A program made the translations under genes and the position numbers. Positions 12,470 through 25,866 of a stretch of DNA of 64,000 nucleotides are shown in pieces. The notes below the pieces were generated by a model that worked only from the letters and a program-made list of their open reading frames with translations, was not told where the DNA came from and did no database searches. The DNA is from Octopus sinensis. Its lineage: Eukaryota. Numbering within the stretch: position 1 is the first letter of the stretch; each line of letters begins with the position of its first letter. The stretch covers positions 6,572,001-6,636,000 of the forward strand of contig NC_043021.1 in NCBI RefSeq assembly GCF_006345805.1, written 5' to 3'.

Positions 12470-13900
12470 GGAGGTTAGAGCAAAAGTGATGTCAGAGTGG
12501 GCATAACTTTTTTATTAACTGACACAGGTCATTCAAATTGCACACATTGGTAGAATAACTTTTCAGAACATACTCTTTGACGTATTTGAGCCATCATTGA
12601 ACCCTACTTCCAAATCATCTTTGAAAAAGTTCAGCTGTACACTGTTTTATCCACTCCTTCACAACTGCTTTCATCTGATCCATATCATCAAACCATTATC
12701 CCTGAAGACTGGTCATTGTTGGATCAAACAGGTAGAATTAGGAGAGTACCAGATCTGGGTTTTATGGTGGAACAGAGGGACCACTTACCAGCTCAACTTG
12801 CCAGTTGCCTGATTTGGTGCCAAAGATGCTTGCTGTTGTGCACTGTCATGGTGAATGTGTGTGTGGATCATTTCAGATTCTTGTTCTGCTGCTTTCTCCC
12901 CATTAGTGTCTCTGTGTACTGTTTGCTGCTTTATGATTCTGCCATATTCCGGAAAATCAAGGAGCATGATGCTCTTGTCATCTCTTGAAACAATCACTAC
13001 AACTTTCTGCAGTGATTACTAGCTGTGGAACTTCTTAGGTCTTGGAGAAGTGGTGTGATGCCATACCATGATCTGAGCCTTCATTCCTATATCCTAAAGA
13101 TACCCACCATGGGGCTGCAGTGTGGCAGATTGTGAAGATGTAGTGGAAGAGCTCAACTGAGCAAACAGTACTTCTTACATTAATGCTGAATGCAGGAATC
13201 CTAGGAGATCAAAGGTCAGGATCACCAAACTCTATCAAGAGAGTAACTGTAATGCATCCATAGGCGTGGCACTTGTGGTTGTGGAATCAGCCGGTGAATC
13301 ACTATGATTTAAGCTCCCTAATCAAATTTATAACAATGGAACTAGATAGCAACAGAGAGTGATGGGGAATCTGTGAAATCAGCGAGAAAGAAAAAAGATA
13401 TACCGATATTTTATCTCCTGTCACTAGATGGGGAAAAAAAAATACCTGTCTTCATTGGCTTCAAATATTTCCAGCAGATCAGAGCCGACTTTCAAACTTC
13501 TCTCTTTCGATCAAATATCAGCTCCTGAGGTACTCAAGTTGCACACAGTTTCCAAGACCCAAAGTTTTTTCACCATCTTCTTTAATGTATTTTGACCACA
13601 ACTCTGTTGTACAGCAAGCTCCCAGATTGTGACTTGGTGCTTGCAGTTACAAATTTCCCTCTGGTTTGCCTTCAGTGTTGGTTCCTTCCTTCATCCATTT
13701 GTGTACATTGTGATCACAGCATGCCTTATTTGAAGGTAGTATTTAGATGACCTTCTTACACAGTTGGCAATGATGTTAACGTCTTCAGTTTTGGTCAAGA
13801 AGCATTGCTTTTGCTGTCAGCTGATAGTATCTGCATTTTGTGTTGGTGGTGCTTTGTGGGTGTTTTCTTGCTCCTGTAGTGTATGGCATGGGAGGGTAAT
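12470..13900 (-). pseudogene. Highly decayed mariner (DD34D-type) transposase
   Basis: Minus-strand translation P*NPDLVLS*FYLFDP..WFDDMDQMKAVVKEW resembles the mariner YSPDLAPSDFYLF motif; ORF 12785-12997 DKSIMLLDF..IHHDSAQ..KLSW resembles WD.KG.LLDF..HHDNA..LGW. The motifs lie in ~12540-13060; the extent beyond that is uncertain. Confidence 0.75.
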
Positions 13901-14135
13901 ATTCAAGGTGACATGTTATAAACTTCTTGGTAGACATAAACATACAGATTCAAAAAACGATAGATACCTTATGTCAGTTTACACAAAAGACACCATCAAA
14001 CGTATGTACCTATGCAGAAATAGGGAATACCTGTGTAACTGCAAATGCCATTGGTGAAATTACTACTTGGGAATTATTTAGGTAAAAATCACTCCTCAGG
14101 GGAGCATTGCAATTCTCTTCCATGAAACACTAGAT

Positions 14136-14676
14136 CAGTGATTCTCAGCTGGAGTGGGGGTGGGGGGGGGCTATAATGACCCCTGGGGTTCACACAAGTA
14201 AAATAGTAAATTGGGTAGACCAGTGGTTTTCAACCAGGGTTCCACGGAACCTTAGGGTTCCGCTAGTACAGTCCAAAGGGGTTCCGCAAGAAGTTACAAA
14301 ACTGCTAAAATCGGCAGTAATTTTTAATTCTCCTGTGCAGATATGTGTGCATAAGACTATTAAATTATTGCACAGGGGTTTCTCAAGCCAGTGGAATGCT
14401 TCCTTGGGGTTCCGCTCCAGCAGAAACTTTGAAAAGCACTGGGGTAGACCCTTGATATGGGTCCATGAAAAAATTTTGCTTTAGATGAAAAGAAACAGCT
14501 AAGTTTGTTTCTCTAATGCTTAACCTATACATTTTAATGTTTGAAAAAAAAAAAAAGGAATTTTGAAAGAATTATCTATAGAAGTAATTTTTAGACATTG
14601 AGAGGCTATGGGGTTCCAGCAGAGTAAAATAGTAATCAAAGGGGTCCATAGGTAAAAAGTGGTTGAGAATCATGGG
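14136..14676. mobile_element. Non-autonomous hAT element (outer)
   Basis: TIR CAGTGATTCTCA / TTGAGAATCA; 8-bp TSD CACTAGAT at 14128-14135 and 14677-14684; a partial right end also at ~15270-15382. Confidence 0.85.
14221..14441. mobile_element. hAT MITE nested in the outer hAT element
   Basis: TIR CAGTGGTTTTCAA / TTGAAAAGCACTG; 8-bp TSD GGGTAGAC at 14213-14220 and 14442-14449. Confidence 0.9.
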
Positions 14677-15434
14677 CACTAGATAAAGAAATCCACAGAA
14701 TAATACAAGTATTAGTTAAACAATGGATATTCAAACAGACTCAGTCAACCAAGTTACTGATAAATGCAGAAAAATACAATGCAACAAATACATTATTAGA
14801 TGGTTTCCCTTTCTAAAATATACATTCATTACACATAAAGGGTATTAGATGAGTCAAATGCATACCTGGTGCAAAAATCTCGTTAAGCCTTACACAAAAT
14901 GAGTCACTTCAAACAATAAACTGACAGTTATTACAAAAAAGAAAACAATATGATCAAAAGCTTTCATATTAATATCAAAAGCATGTAAACCTGGGAAAAA
15001 TTTTAAAATACTGCATTTGACCAGTGTACTTTATAAATCTGACTGTATAAGTGCAAGTAACAAACCTCAAAATTTTGTTAGATTCAAGTTTTGTACTGGT
15101 GCCACATTGAAGGCATCTAATACAAGTAGTTGGGTGTTTGGAAGGGCATCCAGCCGTAGAAACCAAGCCAAATCAAACTGGAACCTGGGGGCATCTCTCC
15201 AACTTGCCAACTCCCATCAAACCATGGAAAACGAATGCTAAAGGTTGATGATGATGTTGATTTAATTATCAAAATACAGAAGGATTTTTTATTTTTATAT
15301 ACATTGAATGGCTATGAGGATCCAGGAGAGTAAAATAGGGATCAAGGGGAGTCCATAAGTAAAAAATGGTTGAGAACCATTGCTTTATAGAATTCCCCCG
15401 CAGAAACTGACAATTGATTATGGTAGCACTAATA

Positions 15435-15650
15435 ATGGTTTCAAATTTTGCCACAACAGCATCAGTTTTGGGTTAGGGGATGAATCGATTACATCGTTCC
15501 CAGTGTTCAACTGGTACTTATTTTATCGACCCCAATAGAATGAAAAGCAAAGTTGACCTCGGCGGAATTTGAACTCGGAACATAGTGAGGGGCGAAATAC
15601 TGCTAAGCATTTTATCCAGTGTGCTAATGATTCTGCCAAGCTCGCTGCCT
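15435..15650 (-). mobile_element. SINE family B (tRNA-derived, ~230 bp, (ATT)n tail)
   Basis: Reverse complement of 51303-51530. Confidence 0.8.
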
Positions 15651-15934
15651 TATGGTAGCGCTAATAATACTGCAAGACAAGGTTTGTCCAACCTATGCCA
15701 CCATGGAAAATTGACATTAAATTATGATGATGATGATGATAACAAGCTACAATTAACATCACAAATGCAAATCTGATGACGTAAAACTAATGCTTTAACT
15801 TGTGAACAGCACAAGAAGCCCTAATTACTCCATATTCTGAAGATGAAGCCAAAAGATTGCCTGGAAAGATGAATTTGGGAACTGTATTTTTACAAAGTAT
15901 AAGAGTCTGCTACACAGTTACAAGAAATTTCTAA

Positions 15935-16375
15935 CCCTTTTATTACCAACCCACCTGAGACCATCCCTAGTTCTACGATGTATGCTTCCTGTTTTGAAGT
16001 GATTTAAATTAAAATCCTCCATCGAAATTCTGTGTAAATTTAACCCTTCAGCACTCTAATCAAATGTAATGTTTATTTATTCACATTGTCGTGAATTAAT
16101 CATGCTTTGTCTCATAGCTTTTGAGATTTTGTTGATGTGATTGTTTAAGTTTTGTAATGACACTGTAGGTTTGGTGGGAGAGGCTTGATCTGGTCAGCTT
16201 GAGCATAAAACAGGTAGGATATTTTGGCTGGATATTGCCAGTTTAAATGCTAAAGGTCTAAGTTCCAAACACCGAGTTAATGACGATAAAGTAATTTTTA
16301 CTAAACCTTGCACCAGTTTCAAAATTAATTAAAAGAAAAGCAGTTTATTTCAACAGAAATATTGTAACAAAAGAA
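15935..16375. mobile_element. TTAA-type MITE (family 2) with nested TTAA-type MITE (family 1, ~16044-16257)
   Basis: AACCCTTTTATTACC start matches the family at 28994; the internal TTAACCCTTCAGCA...GCTAAAGG matches the family at 58030. Confidence 0.65.
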
Positions 16376-17397
16376 GGTGAAATTAGACCCTATTCATCTT
16401 TTCTACACATCCGTTATATATATATATATTAATCATCTTCCCATCTGTACTATGCCTTCTCAGTACCAACTGACAATTAATCTCTTCCTTTTCCTCGGTT
16501 CCCTGCCATTCTCCTTCTCGCATTTAATGTCCACTGTATTATACTCTCCACTACCATCCATTACAAATCTAAATCTGTCCCTCTCCTCTTGCTTTACCCT
16601 CATCGCACCCTTTCTCGTGTCTTCTATCACTCGGTTATAAAAGATTACTTCAGGCCCCTTAGACTTGCAAGTTGCTAGGTGATCTTCAGTGTTGGTGCCA
16701 CGGGAAAAAAAAGCACCTAGTGTACTCCGTAAAGTGGCTGGTGCCAGGAAGGGCATTTGGCCGTAAAAACCATACCAAAGAAGACACTGGAGCATGACGC
16801 AGTCCTACGATTCGCCAGATCTTGTCGAAAACTGTCCAACCCACACGCCAGCTAAGAAGACGGACGTTATATCACACACATACACACCTCCCTACCTCAT
16901 GTGTAACTAATTATATTAATTCAAACAATGAATACATTTTGCGGTGCTGTTATTCGCGGAAGCACTTGGAAAATGTATTTGAAAGAAAACTGGTTTCGAT
17001 GACGAAGAATGGAAAAAAGAAAAAGAACAAAATGTGAACGACTTTCCAGTTTATAGTAAATATAAGAAATGGGGTTTTATTTATGTTATCGAGAGACAAT
17101 TGGTGACTATTGGCGATCAGAGACAGGTATTAAACTAATAAAGTATTGTCTCACGGTAGACTCTACACCATGTTAGTTGCTTCGAAGGTTGAGTGTGTAT
17201 GTGTATCTATGCATATATACACGCTGTATTTTGTCGACAATGTGTATCATTTGTATGTCATTCTGTGTATTTAAACTTTCTTGTTTTGAACATCGGTTTA
17301 GTGTCGCCAACTTGTTCCGGTCTTCTTAGAGTCAACACTAACCACAATCCCATATTTGTTTTGTAATTTACCCACTGTCAGCTCTTATAACAATAAA

Positions 17398-17826
17398 GGG
17401 ATCTTTTCTGTTTGAACGGCAGTTTTTTTTTAGCGGTGTCATATGAAATTGTCACCCATAATTATGACCCTAGTATCGATCTATTGCATTTCAATCTGTT
17501 TTAGGGTTAGGATTGGTTAGGGGTGGGGGGAAGGGTATCTTTTTTCCTTCAGAAATGTAAATAAACCCAATCTGTTTCTTAAACGAGGAACATATTCATA
17601 CGGCACAGAATGTTTTTTTTACCTCATTAGACGTCATTGATTGGTTGAAATTGCAGAAATTGAAGAAAAAGACAAAAACAAATGTCTTACAAACTATAGA
17701 ATTTTCTCAATAAAGCCAAGAGAAAAATATGTTTTATAAACACATTCTACCAGTATATGAAGTTTAAAATTTTTTAGTTACCTAGAAATTATTTTTAAAA
17801 ACTGCCGTTCAAACCGATAAGATCCC
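17398..17826. mobile_element. MITE with ~30-bp TIRs, GGG...CCC termini and 6-bp TSD
   Basis: GGGATCTTTTCTGTTTGAACGGCAGTTTTT / AAAAACTGCCGTTCAAACCGATAAGATCCC; AATAAA at 17392-17397 and 17827-17832. Confidence 0.88.
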
Positions 17827-18100
17827 AATAAAGAAATCAGTAGTAGTAATAGTGGGATTAAGATATGCGTTCAATTCTCTCTGAGGTTTATTTTACACCC
17901 GTTCTGTGGCAGATTGATAACAATTTCAGAGGTATTGCATGCATAACCGATTCTGTACATTTTCCTACAAATGTTTATTTAATTCCACATTGGTTCAGAC
18001 TTTAAAAAAAAAAAAAAATCAGAGACCTTCCATCAGCGGCTACTTTTTTCTTCCTTTGTATTAACTTATTCTACCTAATTTAATGTTTTGAAGTTATTTA

Positions 18101-18459
18101 TTACTCTTTTACTTGTTTCAGTCATTTGACTGTGGCCATGCTGGAGCACCGCCTTTAGTCGAGCAAATCGACCCCGGGACTTATTCTTTGTAAGACCAGT
18201 ACTTATTCTATCGGTCTCTTTTGCCGAACCGCTAGGTGACAGCGACGTAAACACACCATCATCGGTTGTCAAGCAATGCTAGGGGGACAAACACAGACAC
18301 ACAAACACATATACACGACAGGCTTCTTTCAGTTTCCGTCTACCAAATCCACTCACAAGGCATTGGTCGGCCCGAGGCTATAGCAGAAGACACTTGCCCA
18401 AGATGCTACGCAGTGGGACTGAACCCGGAACCATGTGGTTGGTAAGCCACTCCTGCGCC
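18101..18459 (-). mobile_element. SINE family A
   Basis: Reverse complement of the family consensus. Confidence 0.9.
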
Positions 18460-19073
18460 TATTTCTTGATTTATCTTCGTATCCTCATCTCAGTACCTTT
18501 TGCGTGTCAGGTCGTTCGCTGGTAATTAATCCTGTTATTAAGTCATGGGTTATTTTATCTGGAATTTTTTTAAACTAATAAATCACTTTCTAAATTTATC
18601 TCCAACACAGAAAAAAGCCATCCAAAATCTCCCAGTTCAATAATTTGCGATCTTAAAGTACAAAATCAGTCCTTACAATCGATATTGTTGTTTTGCCCCA
18701 AATCAACTATATTGAAAGAGATCTTCGATAAAAAAAAAATGTTCGAACCGTGACCATCTCGTCATTATTTTATTTTCCTGGAATATCCAGTCCCAGACTT
18801 CTCAATATACTGTATCCTTCCTAAGGTAGAGATTCTCCCTACCATTGTGCCGCTGGGATTGAGTTGGTGTGCCGCAAAGTTTTTTTTTTTTAAATGCTAT
18901 TTGCACGATTTATTTAAACTAATGTTGTTACTAATCCAAACTAAAGTTATTTATGTTTATACAAAGTATGATGAGTAAAACAAATCGTAGTTTTCTGGGT
19001 TTTTTTCCAAATTTCTAACTATAAAATAGTTTCTTTTTTAACTTTTCATTCTAAGTATATGTGTTATTCTGTA

Positions 19074-19460
19074 TTCTTTTTACTTGTTTCAGTCATTTGA
19101 CTGCGGCCATGCTGGAGCACCGCCTTTAGTCGAGCAAATCGACCCCGGGACTTATTCTTTGTAAAGCCCAGTACTTATTCTATCGGTCTCTTTTTGCCGA
19201 GCCGCTAAGTGACGGGGACTTAAACACACTAGCATCGGTTGTCAAGCAATGCTAGGGGGATAAACACAAGACACACGCATATATATATACATATATACGA
19301 CAGGCTCCTTTCAGTTTCCGTCCACCAAATCCACTCACAAGGCATTGGTCGGCCCGGGGCTATAGCAGAAGACACTTGCCCAAGATGCCACGCAGTGGGA
19401 CTGAACCCGGAACCATGTGGTTGGTAAGCAAGCTACTTACCACACAGCCACTCCTGCGCC
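19074..19460 (-). mobile_element. SINE family A, full length
   Basis: Reverse complement of the family consensus. Confidence 0.92.
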
Positions 19461-19883
19461 TATATGTGTTAGTAATTTTTTTTTTTTTTTTACCCGTAGT
19501 ATATCACGAAGTCACGAAGTCCAATATATATATATACACATAGAAATCCACTGCGGCAGAGTAGGATTTGGGGGGGGGGGTGTTAGGCTGCTATTTCTAG
19601 CCGTTCGAGCGGACCGATTGGAGACACAACTCCCTTGTTGATGTGTATGTGTGTGTGTATGTCACTCCTGTTATTTTTGCAATGTTCATTCAAAGCAGCG
19701 AAGTTGTCAGGTGACGTCAGCCTTCACTTAGTCACACACACACACACAGTCTTTTCTCTCTCACCATAACTTGCCTTGGTTTGAAGTTCTACTCTCTTTC
19801 CATCTCTCTTCCCTCCACGCACTTGTCCTAATACTCAGTGCTTCTTCACTTCACATTCTACCGTCGACATGGCTAATACGTAC

Positions 19884-19972
19884 CTCGACTAGCAGGAGAA
19901 GCAACCGGGGGGCACCACCGGGTCCAGGCACGCACGCAGCCTTGTAATCAAGTCGTCGAGTCGATTAAATCC
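19884..19972 (-). other. Candidate 89-nt exon
   Basis: Minus-strand pyrimidine tract TTTTTCCCTTTTCCCTTAAAAG|GG and donor GAG|GTACGT around a GC-rich unique segment. Confidence 0.3.
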
Positions 19973-20396
19973 CTTTTAAGGGAAAAGGGAAAAATGATAA
20001 TTACAGGAAAATAGAGAGAATGTTCACAAACTTCCTGTCTCTCCTTTTACATACATACATAACTCGAGTTTCTGAAGTGTTGTATAACTAAGAGAGGAAA
20101 ACTAACTACCATATATATACATATATATACATATATATATATGTATTCCGTGGATATTATATAAACAGCAGTGGAGTATGTACATGACGATGCCACCCTG
20201 GATTATTATACATATGTGTACAGCACCAGACGATTATATAAAACAAGGTGTTTTTTTTTCGCCGGCTCATGATTTGTAAATGCTCGAACGAAACCCAGCA
20301 GCTAAGGACCACTTCACCTTCTTAACTCTGGAATCGATCGATATAAAAATACCATTAAGATACTCTTGTCCTTTCAGTTGGTAAACCAACTCTGTC

Positions 20397-20428
<32 letters not shown>

Positions 20429-22062
20429 GCGTGTTCCTAGTGGGGTGTTGTGGAGAGGTCACAGCATCCGTGCTGGCAATGTGAGAGCGGTATTTATATT
20501 TCTTGTTAGGTACTCTCGTTCCTTGAAAGAAATAACCTCTAGTTTGAAAAATATTTATAACAAGGTGAGTAAGCTACAACCGTCCTTTATTATTCAACCG
20601 TCTTATCTACCCTAAGTACCTACCTTACCAGCAGCTTGCCCGCATCATAAACATGGACTCGTCCTGTCTCGCACACGCACGCAGTTGCTACATACAACAT
20701 ATATGTATGTGCGAGTTGATGGGTGGATGGATGAATGGATAGAAAGATGTGTGTGTGTGCTATTGTTTCAATCCATATTATACTGGGTAAATCTAGATTT
20801 TGATTAACACTGTATTTATAGCTACATGTAAACACTTTACTTTTATATACAATAGCTTCGTGAACAGAGAAAGGGACCAGGTTAGTTTTAATTAAATGTT
20901 GGGCCCTTCTCTTTTTCTCTCTCTCTCACACATTCATTTTTCGCGATCTGTCCCAGTGAATATTCATTCACTGTCGGAACATTTGGAGTTGTTACTTTCC
21001 ATAGCTTCGTATCCTTGGGTCCCTTAGATGAACCCTTAAAACCTTACATTTAGATAATAAAGTAACCCGGTGATTATCGGGTTTAGACATCGGGTTGCAA
21101 ATTTACGAGAAAATCTCTACGATCCTCACTCTTGAAAGTTAGTAACCTTATCTTTATTTTATCGGTCTTGGAAAAGTGAGTCGCGAAGTTGATCTCGGCA
21201 CGATTTGAACTCGGAACCGTAAGGAAACACAAACTAGATATTGCTGCCATTTTGTCCGAGGCACTGACAATGGTTGGAACTGCCAGGGCATAATTTGTGT
21301 AAGGGGTGTAAATTTGATGGAGATCTTGGCTGTCATTTCTAGTGAATCAAGGCTGGCACGCAAGAGGCTGGGGAGATGCGGGTTGAAGAAGGAACCGATG
21401 ATATTTCTAGGCTGGACGTGTCTTTGTCTCTTGCATATATAGTTTTTCCCTTTTTCAATCTCTGCCTTTATCATACGCACTTCACCACATACACACACAA
21501 AATAATGTATGTATATTGCGTGTATATATTTCATGTGTACTTCTGAGTATTGCTATTTCGTTGGCGATCAGTTTTACTCCAAGTTATGAACCTGACCACT
21601 AAGAACCGCAATTGATTAAATTCTCTAAATAAGTCACTAATCGTAATCATAATAATAATAATAAACCTACATACATACATACACACACACACATCTCCAT
21701 CATTAGAGACAGGCGCATACATTATATGTAAAAGTAGTGTATATAAATAGGCTCGGTGTACATGTGTATTATACATACATATGCTTCGTCGACACACGTA
21801 GCATACGTAGTGCATACTAACGTTCAATGTGTATATATACATACCCGTGTACTGTACGCGCACGCACACGGTGGTGTTTGTGTCTGGAATAGATGCAAAG
21901 CGTGTATATATATATATATAGTCATGCTTGTGTGTGTTTGTATTCGTTGTGCTTTGAGCCGCGACTTAACGGTTCGATTGTAATAATTGCTCTATGTTGG
22001 AGTAAAACCCTTCGTGGCGGTGCTCCAACATGGTCGCAATTCAATGACCGAAACCAACACCT

Positions 22063-22173
22063 ATGTATGTATGTATGTATGTATATATGTATGTATGTAT
22101 GTATATATATGTATGTATGTATGTATATATATATATATGTATGTATGTATGTATATATATGTATGTATGTATG

Positions 22174-22212
<39 letters not shown>

Positions 22213-22293
22213 GTATGTATGTATGTATATATATATATGTATGTATGTATGTATATATATATATGTATGTATGTATATATATATGTATGTATG

Positions 22294-22324
<31 letters not shown>

Positions 22325-22661
22325 GTATATATATATATATATGTATGTATATATGTATGTATGTATGTATATATGTATATATATATGTATGTATGTATGT
22401 ATATATGTATGTATGTATGTATATATGTATATATGTATGTATATATGTATATATGTATGTATATATGTATGTATATATGCATGTATGTATGTATGTATGT
22501 ATATATGTATGTATGTATGTATATATGTATATATGTATGTATATATGTATGTATATATGCATGTATGTATGTATATATGTATGTATATATGCATGTATGT
22601 ATATATATATGTATGTATATATGCATGTATGTATGTATATATATGTATGTATATATGTATG

Positions 22662-22694
<33 letters not shown>

Positions 22695-22743
22695 GTATGT
22701 ATGTATATGTATGTATATATGTATGTATATATGTATGTATATG

Positions 22744-22786
<43 letters not shown>
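22063..22786. repeat. Compound (TATG)n/(TA)n microsatellite, ~720 bp
   Basis: Direct inspection; similar tracts at 3620-3900, 5500-5800, 23390-23700, 24450-24985, 25435-25960 and 61680-61910. Confidence 0.97.
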
Positions 22787-22787
<1 letters not shown>

Positions 22788-23089
22788 CGCTACACATAAT
22801 GGCATGTATGTATAAATCACGTATATGTGCCTGTCTATATAATAAATTCTTTCCTTCCCTATCTCATCTAAAACATGAATGGAATGTGCGTGTGTGTGTG
22901 TGTGTGTGATACTTTATTAACAGACACTATATACGCCCAGATGATACGCAGGCAAGCCATTATTACTATTTACAAACACACATAATATAAATTCATCACA
23001 TTATGATCAGGTTAGTACTTATAAATAACGTATATTTTCCAGCTCTCGCTTCACCCCATGTTCCAGTCTTGTACGTTGATATACAACAA

Positions 23090-23127
<38 letters not shown>

Positions 23128-24844
23128 TATATATGTTTTTGTATCTGATATACACTTACTGCGAATGCCCTTTGTATACAATTTTAGATATGTGTGGGTA
23201 TAAATTTAGGGCTTTTGCACATGATCTCTATAGCTCTACATACATACATAGGTACATACATAGATACGTTGAATTCTTTCGTTAGTTTGTCATTTGACTG
23301 AGGCCACGCTGGAGCACCGCCTTTGTGTAATTTATTATACTGAGTATACACACAGACTTGCAGTTTATTCATACTGTCTAGCTTATATATATATATGTAC
23401 ACACACATATATGTATATGTATATATGTATATATATATACATATATGCATATACATACATGCATATATACACATATATACATATATACATATACATGCAT
23501 ACATACATACACACACATATATATACACATACATGCATATATATATACACATACATGCATATATATATACACATACATGCATATATATATATATATATAC
23601 ACATACATGTGTGTATATATATATACATACATGCATATATATACATACACACACACATATATATACACATACATATATATATATTTACACACACACACGC
23701 ATATTTTTTATTTATTTATTTATTTAGTTTCAGCTCACAAGCTGTGGCCATGCTGGGGCACCGCCATATATATATACACACACACATATATATATATATA
23801 TACACATACATACAGTATGTGTATGCGTGTACAATGTAGTGAATTCCTATTGTTTAGCTCATATTTGCATGTGTGTGTATACACACACACACACACACAG
23901 TTTAAGATCCTCTGGTTTTATTTAAATTACCCACGAACACGAGATATACAAGATAAATAAAATACATTGTGTGTGCGTGTGTGTATGTAAATGCATTTTA
24001 TTCATATTTGTATAGCTTGTGTGTGTGCGTAAACTTTCCGAATCTATATATATATATATGAAAAGGCTCCAAGCTTTGCTGTTTTTCCTTCATTGAATCA
24101 CTGTCCACTTTCAATGTGTGATGAGATGCGGTGGCGAACATGCCAGTCCAGCTGGTATCTACTGAAGCTACTACGACTGCTATTAAGAAGATACTCAATT
24201 GCCATTTGAAACCAGCAGATGAAAGAGTTTATTTGTTGTATATTAAGTTCAAGAGTACCTAGAGGCTAGTTTTTTTGTGAATATATACAGAGGTGGCTGG
24301 GGGAAGCAAACTGTCGTTTAGGGAGGGGACACACGCGCACACGCACACACACACACACGTCGACGGTTGAGCAAGGGATTTGTATTTGATACCAATCACT
24401 AAATTCCGGATTTTAAAAATATTCCTTTGTGCACGGGAAATGTTATTTGTGTATATTTACATATGTATGTACACACACACAAACATATATATATGTATGA
24501 GTATATTTGCGTGTATGTATATTTACATAGGTGTATATGTGTGTATATATACATATACATATGTGTATATATATGCATATGTGTATATATATATATACAT
24601 GTGTATATGTATGTATATATATATACATATGTGTATATGTATGTTGTATGTATATATATATATATGTGTATATGTATGTATATACATGTGTATATATATA
24701 TATGTATGTATGTATATATGTGTGTGTATATGTATATATATGTGTGTATATATATATACATATTTGTATATGTATATATATATGTGTGTGTATATGTATA
24801 TATATTTATACATATGTGCGTGTGTGTATATATATTTATACATA

Positions 24845-24891
<47 letters not shown>

Positions 24892-25663
24892 ATATGTATA
24901 TACATATGTGTGTGTGTGTGTGAGATATGCATTTATGTACATGTGAGTATACATGCACACACACACACACACATGTATGTATAGTATATGCCCTTGGTTG
25001 TTTATTGTTTTGTTGCCTACGTTGAATTTAACTCTATTCTCCTTTATTTTTCCAAAAATGTCTAATATTACTAAAGTGCCTTTTCCATAAGACACACACA
25101 CACACACACACGATCACACGTTGTAGGTGTAGGTAGGAGCATTGATGAAACAAGAACTCTTCATAGATGAAGTGTGTTTGTTTCTTTCTTACTAAAATAT
25201 ATGGACTGATTCGTTTCGTTTGCTGTTTCTGAATTTCTCGTTTGTGTGTGGCATTCATTCATGTGACACACACACACACACCACACACACAACTATAGAA
25301 TAATCGAAACTTCCTCCGCTGCTAGTCAACGGCTAGGTAACATAATGTATAACGGTAATGTACACTGGAGAAATTGGTGGGGAACCTCGATTGTGGTAGT
25401 CACACGGGCGTGGGTAAGTTGTGTTTAAGGTTATATGTATGCATACACACACACACACACACATATATATATACACACACATATACACATACATATGCAT
25501 GTATATATATACACATATACATATGCATGTATATATATATATATATATACACACACATATATATAATATATATATACACACACATGCACATATATGTATG
25601 TATATATATATTGTATACATATATATATATACATACACACATATGTATGTATATATATATTGT

Positions 25664-25702
<39 letters not shown>

Positions 25703-25810
25703 CACATACACGTACATATATATATATACATACACACATGCACATATACGTATGTATACATATATATATATATATATATATACATACATATATATTTATA
25801 CATACGTACA

Positions 25811-25866
<56 letters not shown>

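Noticed and set aside
17500-17522. Interstitial telomere
   Set aside because: Only 2-3 degenerate TTAGGG units, inside a MITE
20260-20305. Hammerhead-like CTCATGA...CGAAAC in a TA-flanked island (similar weak cases at ~40715-40755 minus and ~53506)
   Set aside because: Core mutated, no NUH triplet or stem I
21893-22909. 338-aa ORF and the many other YI/CV/HT-rich ORFs
   Set aside because: Translations of (TA)n/(TATG)n/(CA)n microsatellites, open in several frames on both strands
23998-24198. Signal-peptide-like ORF (SIFLIAVVVASVDT)
   Set aside because: No in-frame ATG (TTG start, upstream stop), no clear splice sites, runs into microsatellite
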